Source of the DNA: a virus
Length of the DNA stretch: 64,000 nt
Virus record (IMG/VR): IMGVR_UViG_3300037245_001361
Location: 7,214 to 71,213 of that record
Reading direction: 5' to 3' (one strand)
The notes under the pieces were generated by a model. The model saw only the letters and a list, made by a program, of their open reading frames with translations, was not told where the DNA came from and did not search any database. Position numbers and translations under genes: made by a program. Of the stretch, positions 16,544 through 25,793 are shown piece by piece (positions within the stretch are counted from its first letter, which is position 1; each line of letters starts with the position of its first letter).

Positions 16544-17032
16544 TTAATTTTTACTATTTAATATCTGAGTAAGCATACCCTCTATTCGAGCATTTCCAGA
16601 CTTAATCTCACTAATATTATTATTTATCGATTTAAACTCATCGTTAGTACTTACAGTTAATTCCTTAATTTCTTTTTGAGTACTATCAATTCTTGACCTT
16701 GTAGCTTCATCTTTTTCTTTAATGATTTCCATAAACTCAGCTTTCTGAGCTCTCTTACTACTTTTTACAGATATTAAATCTTCTCTTATGTTTTTATTGT
16801 CTTTTTCAGATTCAAGTTTTAAAACATCAATTTTAGAATCATATTCTTTTTCAAGTGTCTTGAACCTTATATTATTTGCCTTTTCTTGTGCAGCCATATT
16901 AAGTCTTAAAGTTATAGCAGCTACAGTTACACCAACTATACCACCGCCAATAGTAATTAAATTTCCTAATGTAAATGTTACATCATTCATTCCATTTATA
17001 GCAGGTGCGGCATCTAATAAAACTCTAAGCAT
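16544..17032 (-). CDS. single-TM coiled-coil protein (lysis-associated?)
   Basis: N-terminal TM (LITIGGGIVGVTVAAI), long coiled coil ending ARIEGML. Confidence 0.55.
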   Translation of the reverse strand: MLRVLLDAAPAINGMNDVTFTLGNLITIGGGIVGVTVAAITLRLNMAAQEKANNIRFKTLEKEYDSKIDVLKLESEKDNKNIREDLISVKSSKRAQKAEFMEIIKEKDEATRSRIDSTQKEIKELTVSTNDEFKSINNNISEIKSGNARIEGMLTQILNSKN

Positions 17033-17040
17033 AATAATAA

Positions 17041-17373
17041 TTATTTTTGTTTTTTAACTTCTTCTAAATGTTCATCAAACGCAACAATATCTCTGTGCAT
17101 CATTCTCCAATTTTTTATCCTACAGTTATAAGCTACTAAAAATTCAGCATCTTCTAATTCTACAGTGTCTCCAACTTTAACATCTTCAATCTTTGAAATA
17201 ACATTAAATCTTTCTTTCATTTCTGAAGTAGTAAACCCCTCTTTTGGTGGAGAGTTTAATCCAGTTAATAATAAGTCTAAAAAACCTAAGTTAACAATAT
17301 CTCCCGTTGGATTTTCTTCAGTTACATTTCTTGATTCTGTAATTTCTGTTTTTCTGTTCTCAATTCTTTTCAT
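17041..17373 (-). CDS. hypothetical protein, possible fibre chaperone
   Basis: 110 aa, GFTTSEM...VELEDAEF pattern; lies downstream of fibre genes. Confidence 0.5.
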   Translation of the reverse strand: MKRIENRKTEITESRNVTEENPTGDIVNLGFLDLLLTGLNSPPKEGFTTSEMKERFNVISKIEDVKVGDTVELEDAEFLVAYNCRIKNWRMMHRDIVAFDEHLEEVKKQK

Positions 17374-17654
17374 TTTCCTTTGCTTTTATAGTTAAAATAT
17401 TTTTTACCAAATATACGTACTGATATGAAATAAACAATAGCCCAAGATTGATAATAACATTTTTTAAACCATCCGTTAATCTTAAAGGTGTCTTTTATCA
17501 TGAATATGAAAAACTTTCCATCACACTCAAATCTTTTAGCTTCATCACCACCAATACCATAACCAATGTCGTGCTTATTGCAAGAAGCTTCAAAAAAGCT
17601 TTTGTAAGGAGGTTTTACCCAACTACCTTTTCCTCCACAACCATTAGTTTCCAT
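17370..17654 (-). CDS. phospholipase A2-like small protein
   Basis: NGCG, SCNKHDIGY (CxxHDxxY), RFECDGKF, YxxVRxFG. Confidence 0.65.
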   Translation of the reverse strand: METNGCGGKGSWVKPPYKSFFEASCNKHDIGYGIGGDEAKRFECDGKFFIFMIKDTFKINGWFKKCYYQSWAIVYFISVRIFGKKYFNYKSKGK

Positions 17655-17657
17655 TGG

Positions 17658-18665
17658 TTAATATTCAATGTCTAAGATTCCTGTTAAAGTGTCTTTAAAT
17701 ATTTGTGTTTCTGAGGATGAGTTTATACCGTCAATAAGCAATTGTTTGTCTCCTTCAACATAAAGGCTCATTTCTGCACCATAGCTCCTCATAAAGCTCT
17801 TTCCAGCTTCTATACCTATTAGTTGAATTGCAGCTCCTTTAGCTTTATGAAGAAGTCTTTTTCTTGACTTTTCATTTGCTTCAAGCCCATCATCTAAATC
17901 AAGATATTTAACTAACTGCCGAGCAGCTATTGGAGTAACACCATCTACACCTATCCATTCAATATCAACAGAAATAGTTTCAGTTATACCTGTTACAGTA
18001 TTTCTAATATAAACTCTTGTTTCTCTAACTTTTAAATTAGAGTAAAAACCTTCATTATAATCAGAATAATATTCTACCAAACTTCTATCCCCAAAAGAAT
18101 TTGTTGTTTTCTTTTTATGATAACCCTGTATAGTATAGTCAATATCTGTAATTGTAACAGGAACTATGTTAAAAAATTTATCAAAATCAAGATAGTTAAT
18201 ATAGCCGCCTGGGTTTAAAAACTCTTGATACCTTATTGTTTCACTATACTTTTCTAAATTATCACCATCATTCCATATATCTGTAAATATAGTATCATAA
18301 GTAGTTGTGGGAACATAGTTTTTCATATCCGCTTCTATGAATGTAACATTAGGTAAGTAAGGTTGCAGCATAGCAATTACTGTAGGATCGTTGTCAATAA
18401 TAGTTATACTCTTAACAGATGTTAAATCTTTTATTGGAAAAACACAAAATCCACAACCTGCTCCACAGATAAGTATATCACCTGAAAAATTATTCATGTT
18501 AGATTCATATATAGACTTGAGAGGTCTATTAACCATGTCATACATAATCACTTTATCATTATGAAACATGTATAGAGTGTTATACCCATCTCTATCTAAG
18601 TGTTCAAACTTATAATCACCTTGTGTTTCTTCTGCAATTATACTTGCTAAATTTGGAAATATCAT
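17658..18665 (-). CDS. class I SAM-dependent methyltransferase/spermidine-synthase-like domain fused to an unknown C-terminal domain
   Basis: ILICGAGCG, ITIIDND, YDTIFTDIW, LNPGG within the first ~165 aa. Confidence 0.7.
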   Translation of the reverse strand: MIFPNLASIIAEETQGDYKFEHLDRDGYNTLYMFHNDKVIMYDMVNRPLKSIYESNMNNFSGDILICGAGCGFCVFPIKDLTSVKSITIIDNDPTVIAMLQPYLPNVTFIEADMKNYVPTTTYDTIFTDIWNDGDNLEKYSETIRYQEFLNPGGYINYLDFDKFFNIVPVTITDIDYTIQGYHKKKTTNSFGDRSLVEYYSDYNEGFYSNLKVRETRVYIRNTVTGITETISVDIEWIGVDGVTPIAARQLVKYLDLDDGLEANEKSRKRLLHKAKGAAIQLIGIEAGKSFMRSYGAEMSLYVEGDKQLLIDGINSSSETQIFKDTLTGILDIEY

Positions 18666-18668
18666 ATC

Positions 18669-19130
18669 TTAATGTATTATAAGTGAACTAATTCTTGCTG
18701 AATCTCCCATACCCCCACCAACTAAGAGTAACCTAACCTCGAAAAGAGCTGCGTTTAATGGAATGTTTGAAATAGCAACTAAATCTTGTATATTATCTAT
18801 AGATGAATTAGTTACATTAGTAACCTCTGCTATTTGAAGTGAGTTTGTGACATCAAATATTTGAATAGACACACTTGTACCTCCAAAATTCCAAACATTT
18901 GCTTTTATAATAGTAGGAATACCAAGAATAGAAGAGCCAGTATAAATAAACTTAGCTACAGAACTATAAGATGCACCGTTTTCTTGAAGAAAGTCATTAT
19001 TATTTCTTGTAAAAGAAAATGATTGAGGTGTAGTTATTAATTGTGATGTTGGCACCTTTCCAGTTGCGCCTAATTGAGCAACGCCATTGTTGGCTCCTAA
19101 ATCATCATTTGTTAAATGTTTTAATCCCAT
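18669..19130 (-). CDS. tail fibre-associated protein
   Basis: GANNGVAQLGATGKVPTSQL fibre motif followed by a beta-rich domain. Confidence 0.6.
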   Translation of the reverse strand: MGLKHLTNDDLGANNGVAQLGATGKVPTSQLITTPQSFSFTRNNNDFLQENGASYSSVAKFIYTGSSILGIPTIIKANVWNFGGTSVSIQIFDVTNSLQIAEVTNVTNSSIDNIQDLVAISNIPLNAALFEVRLLLVGGGMGDSARISSLIIH

Positions 19131-19140
19131 AATTATTTAT

Positions 19141-19413
19141 TTAAGACCAGTTTCCTGGGTATTTCTCTTCTAAAAGAACTTCTATTGTGTTTGATAAATC
19201 GGCATTTTTACTTGAAGATAATGCTGGTAAATCATACTTTTCAGTTTTCTGAACGTCATCATTATCACACTCTACATCATTATCATTACAGGTGCATGTT
19301 CCTATAGTAAGAACTTTTTCATACTGCATAGCGTAAACCTTAACTTTAAAAGGCTGAGTGATCACATTGCCATTACTTAATCCATCTACTGTTATTGTGT
19401 ATTCTTTAATCAT
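19141..19413 (-). CDS. hypothetical protein
   Basis: 90-aa ORF after the fibre gene. Confidence 0.6.
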   Translation of the reverse strand: MIKEYTITVDGLSNGNVITQPFKVKVYAMQYEKVLTIGTCTCNDNDVECDNDDVQKTEKYDLPALSSSKNADLSNTIEVLLEEKYPGNWS

Positions 19414-19432
19414 AACTTAAATTGTTTTGTTA

Positions 19433-21694
19433 TTATGCTGCTTCAGTGTGTAAAACACCATTATCGGTATATATTCTATATCTTAATCCGTTTGTTCTAT
19501 CAAGAACAATTACACCATTAGAGCTTCCTAATGTTTCTACATCTCCATTTACTGTAGCCATAGATGTTATTCCTGAATTTGTTCCTATACCTAATCCCCC
19601 AATATTATTAAACCAAGCATTTACATTTACTGCTCCGGTTTGTATTGCAAATCTTTGAGTTTGAACAGCTACATTATTTAGAGTCTCCATTTGGATTCCA
19701 TCATTCGCATCATTAAAGGTTTCCCCTCCCTGAATTACTAATGGTCTAACCACGTCTCCTGTTATTTTTCTAACTTTTGAGAACTCTCCAGCTCTAATCT
19801 GAGCTGTTCCGGTACTTCCACTACTATCAATAAATTCAAATATATTATCTCTCGATTGAAACGTAAGTCCTTTATTGTGGGTTCCATCATTTCGATCATA
19901 AATTTTAGAAGTTGTGGCATATCCAGAATTAAACTCTATACCAGCTTTTGTAACGCCAGTTCCTAATATAAGGTTTTGTTGAGCATTTGTAGGATTGACA
20001 AGTGTTAAAATAGCATTATCATCTGCTGTAAACCAAGGTGTTCCAATAGATCGCTCAAGAACTAAAGAGTTGCTTAAAGCGTCACCTTTAACGTGTAGTC
20101 TTGCAGTTGGTGCAGTAATTCCAACACCTAAATTCCCTGTACCTTCTAAAGTCATTAATCTTGTTAAAGAAGCACTCGTGCCATAACCCCAAGTGAAATC
20201 AACCGAATTTAAGGCTACTATGTTTTGGAATAAACTTCCTTGAAATCCTATTCCGTGTTGATTTATACCTCCCGGTTCACTATATAGAGAAAATTTCATT
20301 CCTAAAGAACTATTTCCTCTTAACTCATTAGATACAACTTGATATTTAACCGAGTTGTTAATTCTAAAGTCTATAGTTTGAGCAGTTGCAGCATTTATAG
20401 CTGTTAATCCTGCTGAAGTTTGAAGGAAACCATAATTAGTTAGGCTGCTACCTATGTAACCCATAGTCGCAATTCCAGATTGAGTTTTAGCCTCCCAAAC
20501 TCCAGCCTGTAATTTTCCTGTTCCAGAAACCGCTACTGTTTCGTTTCCTCCGAAAGTTAAACTGTTACCGTTTAGGTCTACAATTCTATCTCCTAATAAA
20601 GAATCATCAGCAGTATAAATAGTATTACCACCTGTTATATCACTTAAATAAGCTATTGTTCCTGAAGCAGCTTGAAGTGTAGCTGTAAAGTCTGCCGCAT
20701 TAGGTGTGTGAACTAATCTCATTTCACCAGTACCGCCAAGATTAAATCCTAAGCCATGGACATAAGCTGTATTAGCAGTTTTCACTATCGTATCAGGCGC
20801 TCCTATTGCTGCTGTATTATAAATTCCTTGTTTATAAACTGCATAATTAGAGCCTATACTTATCGGTAAAGCTTCAGCACTTGCTGGACCTCTTCCATCT
20901 GTATAATCTGCTATATTATTTTTAATAATTGCTATTGCTCCCCAACCTGCTCCATCAATATTGGAGTTTATATTTGTTGTAAAGCCTTGGTCGTTGTCTA
21001 TTTCAAAGTTTGACTGAGTACCGTTATATGAAGCATCTCCACCAAAACCACCTACATTAATAGAAATATAAGTTCCTGATAAACTTAAATAGTTTTCAGA
21101 CTTTATTATATTACTAAAGATGTCTGGCCCAGAATACATGTAAAAATTATCATCACCTACTTTCCATCTTTTGCCTTCTGCTTGATATTTAGAAATAAAA
21201 GCACCTGTTAAAACACTAATGTCATTAGAAATTCCAGCCCATTGAATCTCTGTACTTCCCGTAAGAAAAGGACCTACACTTTGTACAGCAGTAACAGTAT
21301 GAACACCATCATTAATACCTCCTGTTGTTCCAAACACTTCAATTTGAGAACCTATAGGGTAAGTGAATGTTTTGTTACCTGTCATTTCATAACACATGGT
21401 AGAACCAGGTATTATTGTTGAAAGTCTACCCTCATTTACAGAAGATGAACCACTATCTTTTTGTACTGCAGGGTCAGATACGTCTACGTTAGGTTTAAAT
21501 TCTAAACCATCAACTAATACACCTTTAACAATACTACTATTTGACATTTCAATATCACCAGTCTGCGTACCACCTGCCAAGGGCAAATAAGCACCTAAAT
21601 CAGTAATTGTAGCAAAAGGATTACTTGCAGAAGCAGAAGATGCTCCTAAAGCAGCGTTATATTCGTCTATCGGTAAAAATCTAAATATATCCAT
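19433..21694 (-). CDS. tail fibre/spike, receptor-binding protein candidate
   Basis: YLPLAGGT, TIYTADDSL, GNLGVGITAPTARLHV, GLGIGT repeats; Gly/Ser/Thr/Asn-rich. Confidence 0.8.
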   Translation of the reverse strand: MDIFRFLPIDEYNAALGASSASASNPFATITDLGAYLPLAGGTQTGDIEMSNSSIVKGVLVDGLEFKPNVDVSDPAVQKDSGSSSVNEGRLSTIIPGSTMCYEMTGNKTFTYPIGSQIEVFGTTGGINDGVHTVTAVQSVGPFLTGSTEIQWAGISNDISVLTGAFISKYQAEGKRWKVGDDNFYMYSGPDIFSNIIKSENYLSLSGTYISINVGGFGGDASYNGTQSNFEIDNDQGFTTNINSNIDGAGWGAIAIIKNNIADYTDGRGPASAEALPISIGSNYAVYKQGIYNTAAIGAPDTIVKTANTAYVHGLGFNLGGTGEMRLVHTPNAADFTATLQAASGTIAYLSDITGGNTIYTADDSLLGDRIVDLNGNSLTFGGNETVAVSGTGKLQAGVWEAKTQSGIATMGYIGSSLTNYGFLQTSAGLTAINAATAQTIDFRINNSVKYQVVSNELRGNSSLGMKFSLYSEPGGINQHGIGFQGSLFQNIVALNSVDFTWGYGTSASLTRLMTLEGTGNLGVGITAPTARLHVKGDALSNSLVLERSIGTPWFTADDNAILTLVNPTNAQQNLILGTGVTKAGIEFNSGYATTSKIYDRNDGTHNKGLTFQSRDNIFEFIDSSGSTGTAQIRAGEFSKVRKITGDVVRPLVIQGGETFNDANDGIQMETLNNVAVQTQRFAIQTGAVNVNAWFNNIGGLGIGTNSGITSMATVNGDVETLGSSNGVIVLDRTNGLRYRIYTDNGVLHTEAA

Positions 21695-22299
21695 TATCCA
21701 GCAGTTGTAATTGTTAATTCACTTGTTAAAGCATTATATGGAATAGCCGCATAAGTATCTCTATTGGCTAATTCAGGATATGTTATCCCTATCCCTTTTG
21801 ATAAAACTGTTCCATTTACTGTTGCATCATTATTTCCAGTATTCATAAAAGAAACAGTTCTTTTTCCTGCCGAAACACTTGATGCACCCGCTCCAGTAAT
21901 AACATCTAATGTTGTTGCAACACTTGTTGATGGAGTTGCTAATGCTGTTGTATCTGCAAGAATTAATTGTAATACTGCTGACGGGTCTAAATATTCTAAA
22001 GGCCCAACCGGAACAACAACGTTTCCATTTACATCTTTATATATTACAACGGGAGTACCAGTTTCATAATTAGTTATTTGCTGTAACACTTTATCGCTAT
22101 CTCCAGTATCTCTTACTAAGAGTATTTCAATATCTTGGTCAGAAGCTACAATTGCATTTAATACTGATAATAAGGTTGCCTCAGTAGCTCCTGCGGGACC
22201 ACCAGAAGCAGCAACTAAATCTTCTAACTCAGAAAGTATAGCTACTCTTATTTTGTCCGATACCGAACTTTGTTTTATTAGATCTGATTTTTTTGGCAT
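21694..22299 (-). CDS. virion structural/fibre-associated protein
   Basis: GATEATL motif, beta-rich C-terminus; coupled to the fibre gene. Confidence 0.55.
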   Translation of the reverse strand: MPKKSDLIKQSSVSDKIRVAILSELEDLVAASGGPAGATEATLLSVLNAIVASDQDIEILLVRDTGDSDKVLQQITNYETGTPVVIYKDVNGNVVVPVGPLEYLDPSAVLQLILADTTALATPSTSVATTLDVITGAGASSVSAGKRTVSFMNTGNNDATVNGTVLSKGIGITYPELANRDTYAAIPYNALTSELTITTAG

Positions 22300-22315
22300 T
22301 ATTTCTTAGTTTAAG

Positions 22316-22795
22316 TTATTTTCCTTCTTCAATATCTGTATACTGGATAGTTACTCTTTCCCCATCTAAAATAGCCTTAGCTATTCTTGGATAGATTCTT
22401 TTGTAAGCATCAACACTTGAACTACCCGTAAAGGTTTTTCTACTAACAGCATCGTTTAGTAATAAACAACCTGCAGTATGTTTTTCTGTATTTCCTGTAT
22501 GTATAAGAATATACTGAAATTCCATTCCAGCATTTATAATCTTCCAATTTGGAGCATTATGAATACACAACATTCCCTTGTGAATATCCTCGTATTTCTT
22601 AGAATATTTAGCGTGAAAACCGCCTTCTGACCTTAAACTGATACCATAAGTTCCATTTGGAACTCTTGTATCTCCTTTTACCTTAACACTTCTTTCTTCA
22701 TCTTCTATTGTAAAAGTTTCAAATATACCATTGATATAGAGGATGCCCATCGAAGCATCCCCATTATCAGCAAATCTTTTTACAACTATATTCAT
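22316..22795 (-). CDS. DUF5675-family putative endolysin (L,D-peptidase-like)
   Basis: TIED...TRVPNGTY...ILIHTGNTEKHTAGCLL (His...Cys motif). Confidence 0.8.
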   Translation of the reverse strand: MNIVVKRFADNGDASMGILYINGIFETFTIEDEERSVKVKGDTRVPNGTYGISLRSEGGFHAKYSKKYEDIHKGMLCIHNAPNWKIINAGMEFQYILIHTGNTEKHTAGCLLLNDAVSRKTFTGSSSVDAYKRIYPRIAKAILDGERVTIQYTDIEEGK

Positions 22796-23277
22796 TATGC
22801 TTTCCTTAAATTTTGAGGATCTGATGCTTCATTTACCAAAAGGTCGATGAAAACTCCAATATTCTCGTTTCTTGCAAGATTAATATCTAAAGATTCAAAA
22901 TCATTTTGCCAAATTTGATGTAATTCCATCTCAACTTCTTCATCCATGAACTTATTCATTTCTGCCTCAGCTTTCTTTGGCCCTTCTTTTTTATCTTTAT
23001 AAACGTACTCCGGTTGAGCTCCTGCTTTAATTTCTTCTTCTGTAGGTTTAGTTAGAACATAGTTCAAATCTTTACCCTTACCTTCCATCTTAACGTATTT
23101 GTCAAGAATTTCTTGTTGTTTTTCACCTTGTTGTTTCATAAAAGGCTTAATTCTTCCTTGATTCTTTGTAATTGCAAATGCAATCTTACCTTTCATCGTT
23201 GGAGTACTGTGAGCCAATTCAAACATTGACCTTCCTAACAATACAATTTCACTTCTCTTTAAGCTTACTTTTTCCAT
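22795..23277 (-). CDS. hypothetical protein (DUF1617-like, possible chaperone)
   Basis: KIAFAITKN...ILDKY helical pattern. Confidence 0.5.
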   Translation of the reverse strand: MEKVSLKRSEIVLLGRSMFELAHSTPTMKGKIAFAITKNQGRIKPFMKQQGEKQQEILDKYVKMEGKGKDLNYVLTKPTEEEIKAGAQPEYVYKDKKEGPKKAEAEMNKFMDEEVEMELHQIWQNDFESLDINLARNENIGVFIDLLVNEASDPQNLRKA

Positions 23278-23331
23278 TTCTTTTCTTTTATTAAAAGTTA
23301 ATTATTAAAGTACTAAATTAATGTTTTATTT

Positions 23332-24549
23332 TTAATTCTGAACATTATAAAATATTCCTCCTGGTAAAGTTTTACCATTCCAAGTTTCAGGAGTTACCAT
23401 TATACTTTTCAATTCACAAGTAACTAAATCTCCTGCTACAAAAGCTTGTAATGAAGAAACTCCAGAGAAGATATTCACATCTCCTGCAGTAGTTCCTGTT
23501 AAATCTAAAGTTTCCGTATGAAAAGAAACTCCATTTTTAAGGAAATCAACAGTAATGTCTTTTGCTCCTGCACCAACTTGGTCAATAACTGTCTCAATAC
23601 TCAATACAACACCAAAAGAAATGTCAGTCATATTTGTAGGAGCAGTCCAAGTAGTAGTTATGAAGTTATTTCCATAATCAAACTGAGGTAAAACTGAATC
23701 ATTACTAAACTCTACAAGAACATCTGCAGGCCCACTAACTGAATCTGCATCTATAATCTGCTCAGTAATATTAGAAGCGTTGAATAAGCCATTTAATCCT
23801 GCAAGAGAACCTGTATATATATTTCCTGTTAAGTTCCAAGAACCACCAACTTTTAAATAGATGTTTCCAGTACCATTATCAAGATAGCTATCTCCATCAT
23901 TTCCCGTAGAACCTGAAGGAACTCCTGCTCCTTGAATAAAACTAAATCCGTCTGATCCATCTGTTCCATTTGTTCCTGCAGCACCATTACTTCCAATAGT
24001 TCCTTTTAAATCTAATCCGCTATCAGCCCAAACTCCACCAGACTTAGTATATAAATCTAAGTTGGGAGAAGATAAGTCTACGTAAGTATCTCCATCGTTT
24101 CCTAAAGAAACTAAAGGAAGACCAACACCTTGTCTAAAACTAAGACCATCAGAACCTACACCACCATTAGTACCGTTAGTACCATTAGTTCCATTTGTAC
24201 CCTTGATGTTAGCTACAACAGCACCCCAAGTTCCAGCAACCTTTTTATAAACATCACCGTTATCAGAGTTTAAATATAAATCTCCATCATTATTGTTTGC
24301 ATCATTCGGAACTCCCGAACCTACATACCATTCAGAACCATCTAAAGTTCCATCTTCTATTCCGGTATAGATGTCACACAATTGATTTGACAATAACGCT
24401 AAAACAACATTTAAGTTATCTCCTTCGTTTATTTGAAATTGAACACCACCACCAATAGTACAGATGAATTGAGTACCATCAAAAGTTATTCCTCCCGTTA
24501 AAGAGGACGTGCATCCAGTACACGTTATATTATTACAAGTATCGCACAT
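23332..24549 (-). CDS. collagen-like fibre protein
   Basis: GTNGTNGTNGTNG repeats and three GxGxP...GNDGDxYxD modules; Cys-rich N-terminus. Confidence 0.75.
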   Translation of the reverse strand: MCDTCNNITCTGCTSSLTGGITFDGTQFICTIGGGVQFQINEGDNLNVVLALLSNQLCDIYTGIEDGTLDGSEWYVGSGVPNDANNNDGDLYLNSDNGDVYKKVAGTWGAVVANIKGTNGTNGTNGTNGGVGSDGLSFRQGVGLPLVSLGNDGDTYVDLSSPNLDLYTKSGGVWADSGLDLKGTIGSNGAAGTNGTDGSDGFSFIQGAGVPSGSTGNDGDSYLDNGTGNIYLKVGGSWNLTGNIYTGSLAGLNGLFNASNITEQIIDADSVSGPADVLVEFSNDSVLPQFDYGNNFITTTWTAPTNMTDISFGVVLSIETVIDQVGAGAKDITVDFLKNGVSFHTETLDLTGTTAGDVNIFSGVSSLQAFVAGDLVTCELKSIMVTPETWNGKTLPGGIFYNVQN

Positions 24550-24553
24550 AATT

Positions 24554-25153
24554 TTATTCTTTATTAATTAACATTGAAGAATCTAAAACAAAAACTTGAG
24601 ACGCTGAAGTTAATTTTTCATATCTCATTTCTATATCAGTACCCTCAGCTACATTTTCAGCCCTCCAAAAGAAACCTTCTGAATATCTACAAGTTTCACT
24701 ACCCGCATCAGGCTCCTTAAATGTATCATATTCTTGAACTAATACATTATTAATGTATAGCCTTAAGTAAACTGTGTATGGTGTAGCACCTATAAACCTT
24801 AATAGAGTTCCAAAATGAATCTGATAAGTTCCTGTTGTAGTAACAGTGTAGCTTAATCCGTTAAACGGTCTTTCTGCTTCATCAATCATTTCTTCTCCAC
24901 TTTCTGTACTGTTAAAAAAAGCAAAAATCATTCCTGATACAGTAGGAAGACTATCAACCTGAGCCTTAAGGCTACAAATGAAATCGAATAGAGTTTTAAA
25001 CAAAGAATTTAAAGACGTACAATTCTTTTTTATCACATTCAAACCACTACAAGATGGATTTTCTCCATCGTAAGTTAATTCAGAAGTGTACTTCTTAGAG
25101 TTACATTTATTTGATTTTTGATTACTGCTGCAACCACACGATGTATCACACAT
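24554..25153 (-). CDS. Cys-rich structural protein
   Basis: MCDTSCGC N-terminus like its neighbour; beta-sandwich-like C-terminus. Confidence 0.6.
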   Translation of the reverse strand: MCDTSCGCSSNQKSNKCNSKKYTSELTYDGENPSCSGLNVIKKNCTSLNSLFKTLFDFICSLKAQVDSLPTVSGMIFAFFNSTESGEEMIDEAERPFNGLSYTVTTTGTYQIHFGTLLRFIGATPYTVYLRLYINNVLVQEYDTFKEPDAGSETCRYSEGFFWRAENVAEGTDIEMRYEKLTSASQVFVLDSSMLINKE

Positions 25154-25154
25154 A

Positions 25155-25784
25155 TTATTTTATTTTATTATAAATACAATGAACTTTATCTCCTTCATAG
25201 CAAGAATCTACGGAGTTGTTATAAACCCACATCAGATTACTAATCTTTAAATAAGAATCTTTTAATTTAACTATATTTCTTCCAACTTTAGAAAACTTAA
25301 CTATTGAACAACCTATTTTAGCCATCTTAATTTTCATTTCAGAAGCTAATTTACTGAACAATTCAGTACAACAGTCTTTTTCATAAGACTCGTGAATTAT
25401 GCTTGTGTATGGAACTAAATCTCTAATATAATCTATCTGTACGATAGCACAATAAAGACCATCTTCCTTAAGATTTTCAAAAGTAGTAGTAACGTTTGGT
25501 TGTATTTCGGTAGAACAATATTCTATAATTTCTCCACAAGAAGAATGTCTTGCTAAATAAACATTTATTGTAAGATTATCCATGTTAACATTTTCCAATT
25601 CTTGATAATCTGTAAAATCAAAAAGTTGTAAAGTGTCACAATCTTGTGTAGGCTTTAAAGCAAATACCGCATTGATAATATCAGAAAAAACAAGAACTCT
25701 TGAATCTTCAATAATTATTTCCGATGCAACTATCTGAGCTAAGTCAGCAATTAGATTAGGAGTATTTATATTTATAATTGGCAT
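25155..25784 (-). CDS. Cys-rich structural (collar/hub-like) protein
   Basis: Position in the tail block, Cys-rich. Confidence 0.5.
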   Translation of the reverse strand: MPIININTPNLIADLAQIVASEIIIEDSRVLVFSDIINAVFALKPTQDCDTLQLFDFTDYQELENVNMDNLTINVYLARHSSCGEIIEYCSTEIQPNVTTTFENLKEDGLYCAIVQIDYIRDLVPYTSIIHESYEKDCCTELFSKLASEMKIKMAKIGCSIVKFSKVGRNIVKLKDSYLKISNLMWVYNNSVDSCYEGDKVHCIYNKIK

Positions 25785-25793
25785 ATCTTAATG

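Noticed and set aside
19433-24549. Diversity-generating retroelement or invertible fibre cassette
   Set aside because: No reverse transcriptase or recombinase in the window and no template/variable repeat pair noticed; the repeats present are collagen-like codons.
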